A stretch of 64,000 nt of DNA from Acidobacteriota bacterium (GTDB taxonomy: Bacteria; Acidobacteriota; UBA890; WLXD01). Shown piece after piece: positions 29,142 to 37,275 of this stretch; the first letter of the stretch is position 1; every line of letters begins with the position of its first letter. The position numbers and the translations under genes were made by a program. Under the pieces are notes generated by a model, which worked only from the letters and a program-made list of their open reading frames with translations, was not told the origin of the DNA and did not search any database. Where the stretch lies: the NCBI GenBank assembly GCA_965248695.1, contig CBDFKD010000002.1, positions 1,408,001 through 1,472,000 of the forward strand. Direction: 5' to 3'.

Positions 29142-30149
29142 ATGGAATCGTTGCTGGCACAACTCGAGGACACGGGTGCGCAGCAGCTGACGATCTTCAC
29201 CGACGTGGACTCCGGGCTGCGCGCCTTTCTGGTGATCGACGACACCACGCTCGGCCCTGCCGCCGGTGGCACGCGGACATGGGCCTACGCATCGGCCGGC
29301 GATGCGATCGCGGATGCTTGCCGCCTGGCCAGCACGATGACCCTCAAGTGTTCGCTTGCCGGAGTGGATGCCGGCGGCGCCAAGATGGTGGTGATGGACC
29401 GTCCCGAGCTGGATCGCGTTGCGGCGTTTTCGTTTCTGGGCGAGCGAGTCGAAGAGATGGGCGGCAGCTTCATGACCGCCGGCGATCTCGGCACGTCACG
29501 CGCCGATCTCGAGATCATGGCTTCGCGGAGCCAATGGGTGCGCAGCGACGAGACCGACCTCGCCGTCATGGTGGCACGGGGTGTCGTCGGCTGCGCCTGC
29601 GCGGAAATCGCTGGGCACGCGGGCCTGGAAGGACTCCGCGTCGGCGTCCAGGGTTGCGGCAGCATCGGCGCCGCAGTGGCCCACGAGTTCGCTGCCGCCG
29701 GAGCGCAGCTAGTGGTCACCGATCTCGACGAAGTCGCAGCGTCCAGCACCGCCGATGCGGTTGGCGCGCAACTCGTGGCACCCGAAGAGATCCTACGGGC
29801 CGCGGTAGACATCCTGGCACCCTGTGCGGCCGGCGGGTTGCTGACCACCGCGGCGGCGCGTGACTTGCGCGCCTGGGCAGTGTGCGGCGCCGCCAACAAC
29901 ATCCTTGCCGGGCCCGAGGTCGAGGAAGCATTGAGTGATCGCGAGATCCTGTTCGTGCCGGACTTCGTGTCCTCGTCGGGCGCGGTGATCCTCGGCGTTT
30001 GCCACTTCCACGAGCGCGACGACGCCGAGGCGCTGCTCGAGGGACTGGCACGCACGACTCGCGAGCTATTGCAAGAGTCGCTCACCAGCAGCGAGTCGAC
30101 GACCCGCCTGGCGGAACGCCGGGCGCGCAAGCGCATCGCGGCAGGGTAA
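29142..30149 (+). CDS. Glu/Leu/Phe/Val dehydrogenase family protein
   Basis: IDDTTLGPAAGGTR, MTLK, GGAK, VQGCGSIG, DILAPCA, GAANN, VPDF..SGAVI. Confidence 0.92.
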   Translation: MESLLAQLEDTGAQQLTIFTDVDSGLRAFLVIDDTTLGPAAGGTRTWAYASAGDAIADACRLASTMTLKCSLAGVDAGGAKMVVMDRPELDRVAAFSFLGERVEEMGGSFMTAGDLGTSRADLEIMASRSQWVRSDETDLAVMVARGVVGCACAEIAGHAGLEGLRVGVQGCGSIGAAVAHEFAAAGAQLVVTDLDEVAASSTADAVGAQLVAPEEILRAAVDILAPCAAGGLLTTAAARDLRAWAVCGAANNILAGPEVEEALSDREILFVPDFVSSSGAVILGVCHFHERDDAEALLEGLARTTRELLQESLTSSESTTRLAERRARKRIAAG

Positions 30150-30399
30150 CCAGCCAGGGCGCGCAAGCGCATCGCGGCAGGGTAACCAGCCAGGGCGCGC
30201 AAGCGCATCGCGGCAGGGTAACCAGCCAGGGCGCGCCAGCGTATCGCCGCAGGGTAACCAGCCAGGGCGCGCTAAGCGTATCGCCGCAGGGTAACCAGCC
30301 AGGGCGCGCTAAGCGCATCGCGGCAGGGTAACCAGCCAGGGCTCGCCAGCGCATCGCCGCAGGGCAACTGGCCAGGGCGCGCCAGCGTATCGCCGCAGG
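30121..30399 (+). repeat. tandem array of 7 full + 1 partial 36-37-bp units derived from the dehydrogenase 3' end
   Basis: Unit GGGCGCGCAAGCGCATCGCGGCAGGGTAACCAGCCA starts at 30121, 30157, 30193, 30229, 30265, 30302, 30339, 30375 with no spacers; a further copy spans about 30485-30530. Confidence 0.95.
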
Positions 30400-30600
30400 C
30401 CGCTAGCTCGCCACGTACTTCGTGATCCCGCCACCAGCCGTCGGTCTCGACCCCGGACCTTCTGCCGCATATACGTTGCCGTCGGCATCGCGGCAGGGTA
30501 ACCAGCCAGGGCTCGCCAGCGCATCGCCGCCGCCAGCGTACGCCGCTAGCTCGCCACGTACTTCGTGATCCCGCCACCAGCCGTCGGTCTCGACCCCCGG
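30399..30600. repeat. ~57-bp direct duplication of the NHL gene 3' end (30399-30456 and 30542-30600)
   Basis: GCCGCTAGCTCGCCACGTACTTCGTGATCCCGCCACCAGCCGTCGGTCTCGACCCC appears twice. Confidence 0.92.
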
Positions 30601-31642
30601 CCACACCCTGCAAGAACCGCACATCGTGCGGATGCGGCGGCACGAAACCGGTCAAACGATCTTCACCGGCCGGCCCGATCCTTACACCGGTCTTCCAACC
30701 CGGGTGATTCTGGACGCCGGACTCGGAATCGATCGCATAGAGCGTGTCGTCTGCAGTGATGAACAGCCCGCTGATGCGGCTGTACTGCGTATAGATGTCG
30801 AGCAGCTCGCCTTCCTGGTCGAAGATCTGGATCCGGTGGTTGCCCCGGTCGGCAACGTAGCGACGCCCCTGCGAGTCGAACTCCATCGCATGCGGGGTGC
30901 GGAACTGCCCCGGCCTGAAGCCGATCTCGCCCCACTGCTTGATGAAGGTCCCGTCGGCCGAGAACTTCAGAATTCGTCCGGTAGCGCCTTCCGGCGGATC
31001 GGGATTCTGGCCGCTGTGCCCATCAGAGACGAAGATGTCGCCGTTCGAGGCCGTAATGACATCGCACGGCTCGTTGAGCTGTCCCGGCCCGCTCCCCGGC
31101 TGACCGGCAGTTCCCAATCGGAGCAGCTCTTCACCCTCTGGACTGAACTTGATGACCTGGTGCCCCTTCGTTCCGGACTCGTTGCCCTGCGAGTCGGTCA
31201 CCCAGACGTTGCCCTCGTCGTCGACGTGCAGCCCGTGCGGCAACACGAACAATCCCTTACCGAAGGCCGCCATGATCTCGCCGGTGTCCTTGTTGAACTT
31301 GAAGACCGGATCACGATCGGAGTTCTCTTCGCACCCACCGGCCAGCGCCAGGCCGCCGCAGCGGTCATACGCCCAGACGTGGCCGTCGGGTCCGATGTCG
31401 ATCCCCGCCGTGGAACCCCACTCACGTTCGTCTGGCAGCGCCGCCCAGTTCAGCAGCACCTCTCCGGTCGGGTTCGGCAGCTGCCGATCGACCCAGTCGC
31501 TCGCAGTTCCCGTCTCCGCCGCCGCGCCGCTGTCGGCCGCAGGGGCCATCGCGTCACCGCCGCAGGCGGCGACGGTCGAGAACAGGACCGCTACGAGTGC
31601 TGCACCGGCACGCCTGCCGTGGAACCGTCGATCGTCAGTCAT
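30403..31642 (-). CDS. NHL-repeat (peptidyl-alpha-hydroxyglycine lyase-like) lipoprotein; 3' end scrambled/frameshifted in this sequence
   Basis: VAAC lipobox; PHGLHVDDEGNVWVTD, GDIFVSDGH, GQFRTPH, YVADRGNHRIQIFD. The natural tail DADGNVYAAEGPGSRPTAGGGITKYVAS* (30403-30489) is out of frame with the body. Confidence 0.85.
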
Positions 31643-31709
31643 TGCAATCCTCCCTGCAGGAATTCGAGCTGGCAGAATACGCGATCGGGGTCGGCGAACC
31701 CAGGGTGAA

Positions 31710-32627
31710 TCAGCTCCCGTGGAGCCTCGCGCCAAGCTCGCGTGCGGCTTCTGCAACGCGCGGGCCGGGCACGAGCATCCAAGCGGCGGCAAGGGTCACT
31801 ACCCGGACCTCGGAAAACCCTGGCAGGGTGCGCCACTCCGCCTCCAGCGTAGCTGCGGGAACGGCTTTCTGACCGTCAGAACGCAACTCCACCACGACGT
31901 CCGGTACGCGCGCGATAACCGCCTCGAGCCCGGCTTTGAACCCCGGGCGCGTCACATCGTCGAAGACGTTGCGGGCACCGGCGATCGTGGTGAGCTCCTG
32001 CAAGAAACCAACGCCGCCGTTCACCCACAGCTCGGCGAAGCTACCGTCGCGGCGCCCGAAAACCATCAACACGTTCGGCGGCTCGTCCGACGCGTAGGAG
32101 GCGCGCACCGCGTCGAGGTCGGCCCCTACCCTGTCGGCCGCCCGCGCGGCGTCCTCGGACAGGCCCAGCATGCGGCCCAGCTCGAGCATGTTGCGGAGTA
32201 GATCGCTGACGTCGGCGGTGGCGTAGTCGTAGGTGGCGATGCCGCTCGCCTCCAGCTGACGGCGCAGCGAGCCCTGGGACGGGTCGATGACCGCCAGATC
32301 GGGGCGCAGCGCGAGGATGGTCTCCAGGTCAGGGTCGATCAATCCTCCGACCCGCGGCAGCTGTTCCACCTCGGGGGGCCAGTGATCGAAGCTACTCACT
32401 CCGACGAGGCGCCCGCCGGCGCCGATAGCGAACAGCACCTCAGTAGCAGCAGGCACAAGCGAGACGACCCGTACGGGCGGCGCCTCCGCCCGCGCGCTCG
32501 CCGCCCACAGCGGCGTCGCCAACGAGAACGCGACCAGCACAAGGGTCGCAGAACGTGCCTGTGCCGGTAGCCTGAGACCGCGCAAGGATCCTGGAGAGAA
32601 TCGCGATTCTATGATTGCATGCGTCAC
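31710..32627 (-). CDS. btuF: cobalamin ABC transporter substrate-binding protein (helical backbone metal receptor)
   Basis: RVVSLVPAATEVLFAIGAG..LVGVS, PDLETILALRPDL, PGPRV; clustered with btuCD and the riboswitch. True start may be GTG 32540. Confidence 0.85.
   Translation of the reverse strand: MTHAIIESRFSPGSLRGLRLPAQARSATLVLVAFSLATPLWAASARAEAPPVRVVSLVPAATEVLFAIGAGGRLVGVSSFDHWPPEVEQLPRVGGLIDPDLETILALRPDLAVIDPSQGSLRRQLEASGIATYDYATADVSDLLRNMLELGRMLGLSEDAARAADRVGADLDAVRASYASDEPPNVLMVFGRRDGSFAELWVNGGVGFLQELTTIAGARNVFDDVTRPGFKAGLEAVIARVPDVVVELRSDGQKAVPAATLEAEWRTLPGFSEVRVVTLAAAWMLVPGPRVAEAARELGARLHGS
32597..32610. promoter_or_regulatory. perfect 14-bp palindrome AGAATCGCGATTCT, candidate operator
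   Basis: Self-complementary, AT-richer than background, between the divergent btuF and prepilin-like genes. Confidence 0.35.
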
Positions 32628-32660
32628 GATGTCACGGCTTCAACCAAGAGAGGTAGAGAT

Positions 32661-33134
32661 TTGGCAAGCGGCACAGCAGGGCATCGTCGCGCGGTGGATC
32701 CGGAGGCCGGCTTCTCATTGATCGAGGTTGTGGGCTTCTTCATCTTCGGCATCGCTATCGTTAGCGCCATCTATGTAATCACGCGCACCGAGGTAACCTA
32801 CGGCAGTTGGACTAACGTACCGCCCACCGTCGTGGCCGGGACCACCGGAACCGGCGTGTGGAGGATGGTCAAGAGCGTAGATGGCGGGCCAGGTCAGCCG
32901 CTCGAGGGCCGCTCGGTGAGCTTCCGCGTCAGCTGTGGACCCGGTGTGTCGGCAGTCATCAGCGCCACCCAAGGGGCGGTGGTGAGCCCCGCAGCAACGA
33001 CGACAGAAGCCGTCACCGATGCCCTGGGTCTCGTAAGAGTGACAATCGATCTGGACGGAGTTGGGAAATGCTACGTATTCGCAACCGACTCGGTTAGTAA
33101 ACGCACCGAGACATGGACCTTCGACGTGCCATAA
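32661..33134 (+). CDS. prepilin-type N-terminal cleavage motif protein with Ig-like (Big_1-like) domain
   Basis: G|FSLIEVVGFFIFGIAIVSAIYVI then GQPLEGRSVSFRV...AVTDALGLVRVTI; AGAGAGG RBS before TTG 32661 (ORF track starts at 32619). Confidence 0.65.
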   Translation: MASGTAGHRRAVDPEAGFSLIEVVGFFIFGIAIVSAIYVITRTEVTYGSWTNVPPTVVAGTTGTGVWRMVKSVDGGPGQPLEGRSVSFRVSCGPGVSAVISATQGAVVSPAATTTEAVTDALGLVRVTIDLDGVGKCYVFATDSVSKRTETWTFDVP

Positions 33135-33175
33135 ACAGGTCGCCGGTCGATCGTGACCTGCATACCCGCCGTGGC

Positions 33176-34198
33176 TCATGCATGGCGGACCCTCCTGCTG
33201 AGGAGCAACACGAGGAAAAACGGGCCGCCAAGGGACGCTGTCAGAATGCCGACGGGAAGCTCCACCGGCGCGAGCAAGACGCGAGCCACGGTGTCACAGG
33301 TGATCAGAAACGCGGCGCCGCCGAGCATCGATGCCGGCAGCACGATGCGGTAGTCGTGCCCTCCGAGGAGCCGCACGGCATGCGGAACGAGGATCCCGAC
33401 GAAGCCCACTGGGCCCGCTACCGCCACCGCCAGCCCGGTGACCCACGACGCCCACAACAAACCGCTCCGCGTCGCCGACGCTGCACTGACCCCCTGAGCG
33501 CGAGCCTCGTCAGCCCCGAGGCTCAAGAGGTTCAGTGCCCGCCCCTTGCCCAGCAGCGCCAGCCAGCCGGGCAGGCTCGCCAGCGCCAACAGCAGCAGCA
33601 TGCGATACGTCGCGGCGTCCAGATCTCCCATCAACCACCGGATCATACGTGCCGTCTCGGCGTGGTCGGAGAAGTACTGCAGCAACAGCACGCCGGCGCT
33701 GATGGTGAAGTTCAGCGTCACCCCGGCCAGCAACAACACGGTCGGCGGCAGGTCACCACGGCGCGAGGTCAGCAGCAGCAGCAGAGCCGTGGTCGCCAGG
33801 GCGCCGGCCAGTGCCAGCACCGGCACCGAGAACTCCGCAAACGCCGGCCCCGGAGAGAAGCGGATGGCCAGAAACGCCGCCAGCGTCGTGCCGGCAGTTA
33901 CCCCGAGCGTATAGGGGCTCGCGAGGGGGTTGCGCAGCAGCGACTGAAACGTCGCTCCGGCCAGCGCCAGCGTTCCTCCGACCATGCACGCGAGCAAGAC
34001 CCGTGGCAGCCGTGCGACGAAGAAGACCGCGGCATCCGGGTTGTTGCCCCAGTCGAACGGATCGGCCCATACGCGTTGCATGCTGACCGACGTCGATCCG
34101 ACCGTCGGCGCCAGCAGCAAAGCGACAGCCAGAGCCACCCCGCTGCCGATGAGAAGCGTCGAGCGACGGCGACGCGGCAGCGCCATGCGGCCACTCAT
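33176..34198 (-). CDS. btuC: cobalamin/iron-siderophore ABC permease (FecCD family)
   Basis: RLPRVLLA, FQSLLRNPLASPYTLGV, LNLLSLG...A..QGV, GPVGFVGILVPH, ELPVGILT. Confidence 0.92.
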   Translation of the reverse strand: MSGRMALPRRRRSTLLIGSGVALAVALLLAPTVGSTSVSMQRVWADPFDWGNNPDAAVFFVARLPRVLLACMVGGTLALAGATFQSLLRNPLASPYTLGVTAGTTLAAFLAIRFSPGPAFAEFSVPVLALAGALATTALLLLLTSRRGDLPPTVLLLAGVTLNFTISAGVLLLQYFSDHAETARMIRWLMGDLDAATYRMLLLLALASLPGWLALLGKGRALNLLSLGADEARAQGVSAASATRSGLLWASWVTGLAVAVAGPVGFVGILVPHAVRLLGGHDYRIVLPASMLGGAAFLITCDTVARVLLAPVELPVGILTASLGGPFFLVLLLSRRVRHA

Positions 34199-34989
34199 TG
34201 GGCACCCGCGCGGGTAAACGCGTCGGTGCCATAGGCCTCGTCAAGCAGGCTCGGAACCAGCGTCTCCAGGGGTGGGCCGGCGGCCAGCACCTCGCCGCGA
34301 CGGAGCACCACCACGCGGTCGGCGAGTTGCTGCACGAGCGCCATTCGGTGCGTCGAGATGATCATGCCGACGCCCGAAGACTTCAGGGCAGCCAGCGTCG
34401 CCGTCAGATCCAGCACGAACCCCGGATCGAGGGCGGCAAGAGGCTCGTCGAGCAGCAACAAGCCCGGGCGTGCTACGAGCGCGCGCGCCAGCAATACACG
34501 CCGCTGCTCGCCACCGCTGAGCTCGTCAAACGGGCGGCGCATCAGGCGGCGCGCCCCCACCCGCTGCAGCGCTCGCGCTACCGCCAGCCATTCGCGTCGG
34601 CTCTCCCAGCCGCGCGCCGGCAACAGCGCATACATACCCATCAGCACCATCTCGTAGACGGCGAACCCGGTGGCGGCAGGAATTCGCTGTGGCAGGTAAC
34701 CCATGCGGTGGGCGCGCTGCTCACGCGACAATTGCGATGCTGCGATGCCGTCGATCTCGACGTGTCCGGCGTGGGCCGTGAGTAGCCCGCCGCAGAGACG
34801 CAAGAGGGTGGTCTTGCCGGCGCCGTTAGCCCCCAGGAGGGCGACACACTCACCACCGGAAACGTCGAGATCCACGCTGCTCAGCAACGGGCGATCGTAG
34901 CCGAACACCAGCCCCTCGGCGCGAAGCGACACGCCGGCTGTGCTCTTGCCGTGTACCGCGGCCGCGGTAGACGGACGCGACTCTGCCAT
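34195..34989 (-). CDS. btuD: cobalamin ABC transporter ATP-binding protein
   Basis: GANGAGKTT, LSGGEQRRV, LLLDEP; start ATG 34989 directly after the riboswitch. Confidence 0.9.
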   Translation of the reverse strand: MAESRPSTAAAVHGKSTAGVSLRAEGLVFGYDRPLLSSVDLDVSGGECVALLGANGAGKTTLLRLCGGLLTAHAGHVEIDGIAASQLSREQRAHRMGYLPQRIPAATGFAVYEMVLMGMYALLPARGWESRREWLAVARALQRVGARRLMRRPFDELSGGEQRRVLLARALVARPGLLLLDEPLAALDPGFVLDLTATLAALKSSGVGMIISTHRMALVQQLADRVVVLRRGEVLAAGPPLETLVPSLLDEAYGTDAFTRAGAQ

Positions 34990-35024
34990 GGTGACACCCT
35001 TTCCCGCGAGGGCCGGCCGCCTGG

Positions 35025-35201
35025 CCGGTTCGGTTTCCTGGCTCTCGGATCGTCCTACTCGCCGCCACCTTCCCGGTGCTCCCAGTGGCGTTCCGGAGCC
35101 GGCCGCGGCATGCGGCCTCTCCTCGGGCGGCTTTCGTCCCCGATCACAGTTGCGCGGCAGCGCGGGATTCGCACCCGCTTCCCGACACAAGGTCGAACGG
35201 T
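35025..35201 (-). promoter_or_regulatory. cobalamin (B12) riboswitch
   Basis: Minus strand: GGGAAGCGGGTGCGAATCCCGCGCTGCCGCGCAACTGT, GCCACTG...GGGAAGG, AGCCAGGAAACC (B12 box); a CCCT..AGGG hairpin covers the btuD RBS region. Confidence 0.93.
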
Positions 35202-35286
35202 TGCGCTTATACCATGGGCACGTGAGCTATGTCCCGAGCCCGACATGCGAGCCTGGGCCGAACCTCGAGATACGCAGGAACCGTCC

Positions 35287-36936
35287 GTGACGGCAAACGA
35301 GATCCAGGCCATCCGCAACGCGGTCATTTACGACGGATCGGGTGGCCAGCCGCGGTTGGGAGACATCGTCATCGATTCCGGCCGCATCGACTCGATCGGC
35401 ACGCCCGGCAGTGCGCCATCGGCAGCGGCGCTGGACGTCGATGGCTTGGCGGTGTGTCCCGGCTTCATCGATATTCACGGCCACTCTGACGCCGCTCTGA
35501 CCCATCCCGAGGCGCCGGATCTCCTCGGTCCGTTCCTGCAACAGGGGATCACCACCCAGGTGATCGGCAACTGTGGGCTCGGCGTGGCGCCGGCGCCCGC
35601 CGCTCGGCGCGATGCTCTGCACGCGTTCATGGCGCTGATCGTGCCGCGTGGAACCGATCTGGCGTGGGAAACCTTCGCTGAGTACATGGCCTACCTCGAA
35701 GCCACGGGTCCGCCGCTGAACATCGCCGCGCTAGCGGCTCACGGCGCCATACGTTACGCGGTGATGGGCGGCGCCGCGAGCTCCGCAAGCGATCACGAGC
35801 TCGAGGCAATGTCGGCGCTCGTGCGCGAGGCGCTCGAAGCAGGCGCCTTCGGACTCAGCGCCGGCCTCATCTATCCACCCGGAATGTGGTCGGACACCGA
35901 CGAGATCGCCGCACTCTGCGCGCCCGTGGCCGCCGTCGACGGCCTCTTCGGATGCCATGTGCGCGGCTCCAGCGAGCTCGCAATCCACGCCGAGCGCGAG
36001 CTGCTCGAGATCGGCCAGCGAACCGGGGTCCGGCTGCAACACTCCCACCACGAGGCATTCGGACCCGGGTACTGGCACCTGACCCGCGAGACCATACGCC
36101 TCGAGGATGCCGCCCGCCGGCGTGGGGTGGATGTGGGGTCGGATGTGATCCCCTACCACGCGGTCAACACCACGTTGCTGGCGATCTTCCCGCCCTGGGC
36201 ACTGGCGGACGGGGTGCCGCAGCTGTGCGAGAAGTTGCCGAGTAAAGCCTACCGTCGCCGCGTCCAGCGCGACATAGAGAGCTGTGTGCCCAGCTGGCCG
36301 CCGTGGGATGGTGGCTGGGCGCACAACCTCGTCGGCGCCGGAGGCTGGGACGACATCGTGCTGTTGCAGGCCGCCTCCGACACCCACCGGAGCTGGCTCG
36401 GACGGAGCCTGGCCGAGATCGCCAAGCGCACGCTGTCGACACCGTTGGATTGCGCCGCCGAGATCGTCGCCGCGTCGGGTGGAGACGTGATGGCCCGCTA
36501 TCACGGGATCAGCGGCGCTCCCGACGACGACGGCGCGCTGCGCCAGCTTCTGGCCCACCCACACCATTCGGTGGCGGTGGACGTGATCCTCAAGGGTGAC
36601 GGGGTGGCGCATCCCGGTGGTTACGGCGCCATCCCACGGGTCCTCGGTCACTATGCGCGGGGCGAGGGCTGGTTTGACTTGTCCGAGGGCATCCGCAAGG
36701 CGACCTCGTTGCCCGCCGAACGTCTCCGCCTGACCGATCGTGGACGCCTGGCACCCGGCTACGCTGCCGACGCCGTGCTGTTCGATCCGGAGCAGATCGG
36801 CGAGCGTGGAACGTTCGCCGACCCGGACCAGAAACCTTCGGGGGTTCACGCCGTGCTGGTGAACGGAACGCTCGTGGTACGCGACGGTGTGCGACTTCCG
36901 TGCCGGCCCGGAACCGTGCTGCGGCGTCGTTCCTAG
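35287..36936 (+). CDS. N-acyl-D-amino-acid deacylase (D-aminoacylase)
   Basis: PGFIDIHGHSD, QGITTQVIGNCG, GLSAGLIYPPG, RGRLAPGYAADAVLFDP, VLVNG. GTG 35287 follows AGGA. Confidence 0.92.
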   Translation: MTANEIQAIRNAVIYDGSGGQPRLGDIVIDSGRIDSIGTPGSAPSAAALDVDGLAVCPGFIDIHGHSDAALTHPEAPDLLGPFLQQGITTQVIGNCGLGVAPAPAARRDALHAFMALIVPRGTDLAWETFAEYMAYLEATGPPLNIAALAAHGAIRYAVMGGAASSASDHELEAMSALVREALEAGAFGLSAGLIYPPGMWSDTDEIAALCAPVAAVDGLFGCHVRGSSELAIHAERELLEIGQRTGVRLQHSHHEAFGPGYWHLTRETIRLEDAARRRGVDVGSDVIPYHAVNTTLLAIFPPWALADGVPQLCEKLPSKAYRRRVQRDIESCVPSWPPWDGGWAHNLVGAGGWDDIVLLQAASDTHRSWLGRSLAEIAKRTLSTPLDCAAEIVAASGGDVMARYHGISGAPDDDGALRQLLAHPHHSVAVDVILKGDGVAHPGGYGAIPRVLGHYARGEGWFDLSEGIRKATSLPAERLRLTDRGRLAPGYAADAVLFDPEQIGERGTFADPDQKPSGVHAVLVNGTLVVRDGVRLPCRPGTVLRRRS

Positions 36937-37211
36937 CAGGCCGTGGTGGAAGTGTGGCGGGCCTGGTTGCGACGAGTTGGGGCCAGATGCAAGGCGGCCT
37001 GACGGAGGCGATGCACTAGCCATCGTCGAGGAGGGCCAACGCCGCAGATGGCCCCAAATCGCCGCAACCCTTTGGGCGACAGGGGGTTGCGCGCGTATAC
37101 TGCGTCGTTCGTCGTCAACGATGGGGTAACCATCGCCTCCTCCTCTCTCCTTGCCTCCACCTCGCAAGACCCTGTCGCCAGGCCCGCCACACTTTCACCA
37201 CGGCCTGCTAG
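36933..37211 (+). mobile_element. MITE-like element copy 2 (279 bp incl. flanking CTAG)
   Basis: CTAG at both ends; 30-bp TIRs 36937-36966 and 37178-37207 (1 mismatch); the left CTAG supplies the D-aminoacylase TAG stop. Confidence 0.92.
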
Positions 37212-37275
37212 CGTTCCGGAACAGAGGTTTCGCAGGATCCAAATGGCGCCGGCACCGCCGAGGGTAAGCTGGGAT

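Noticed and set aside
30121-30530. CRISPR array (36-37-bp repeats)
   Set aside because: Units are head-to-tail with no unique spacers, derive from a coding 3' end, and no cas genes are present.
32616-33184. TGCATG as a target-site duplication restoring an in-frame BtuC-BtuF fusion
   Set aside because: Only 6 bp and no mobile-element ends; chance cannot be excluded, so it is mentioned only as context.
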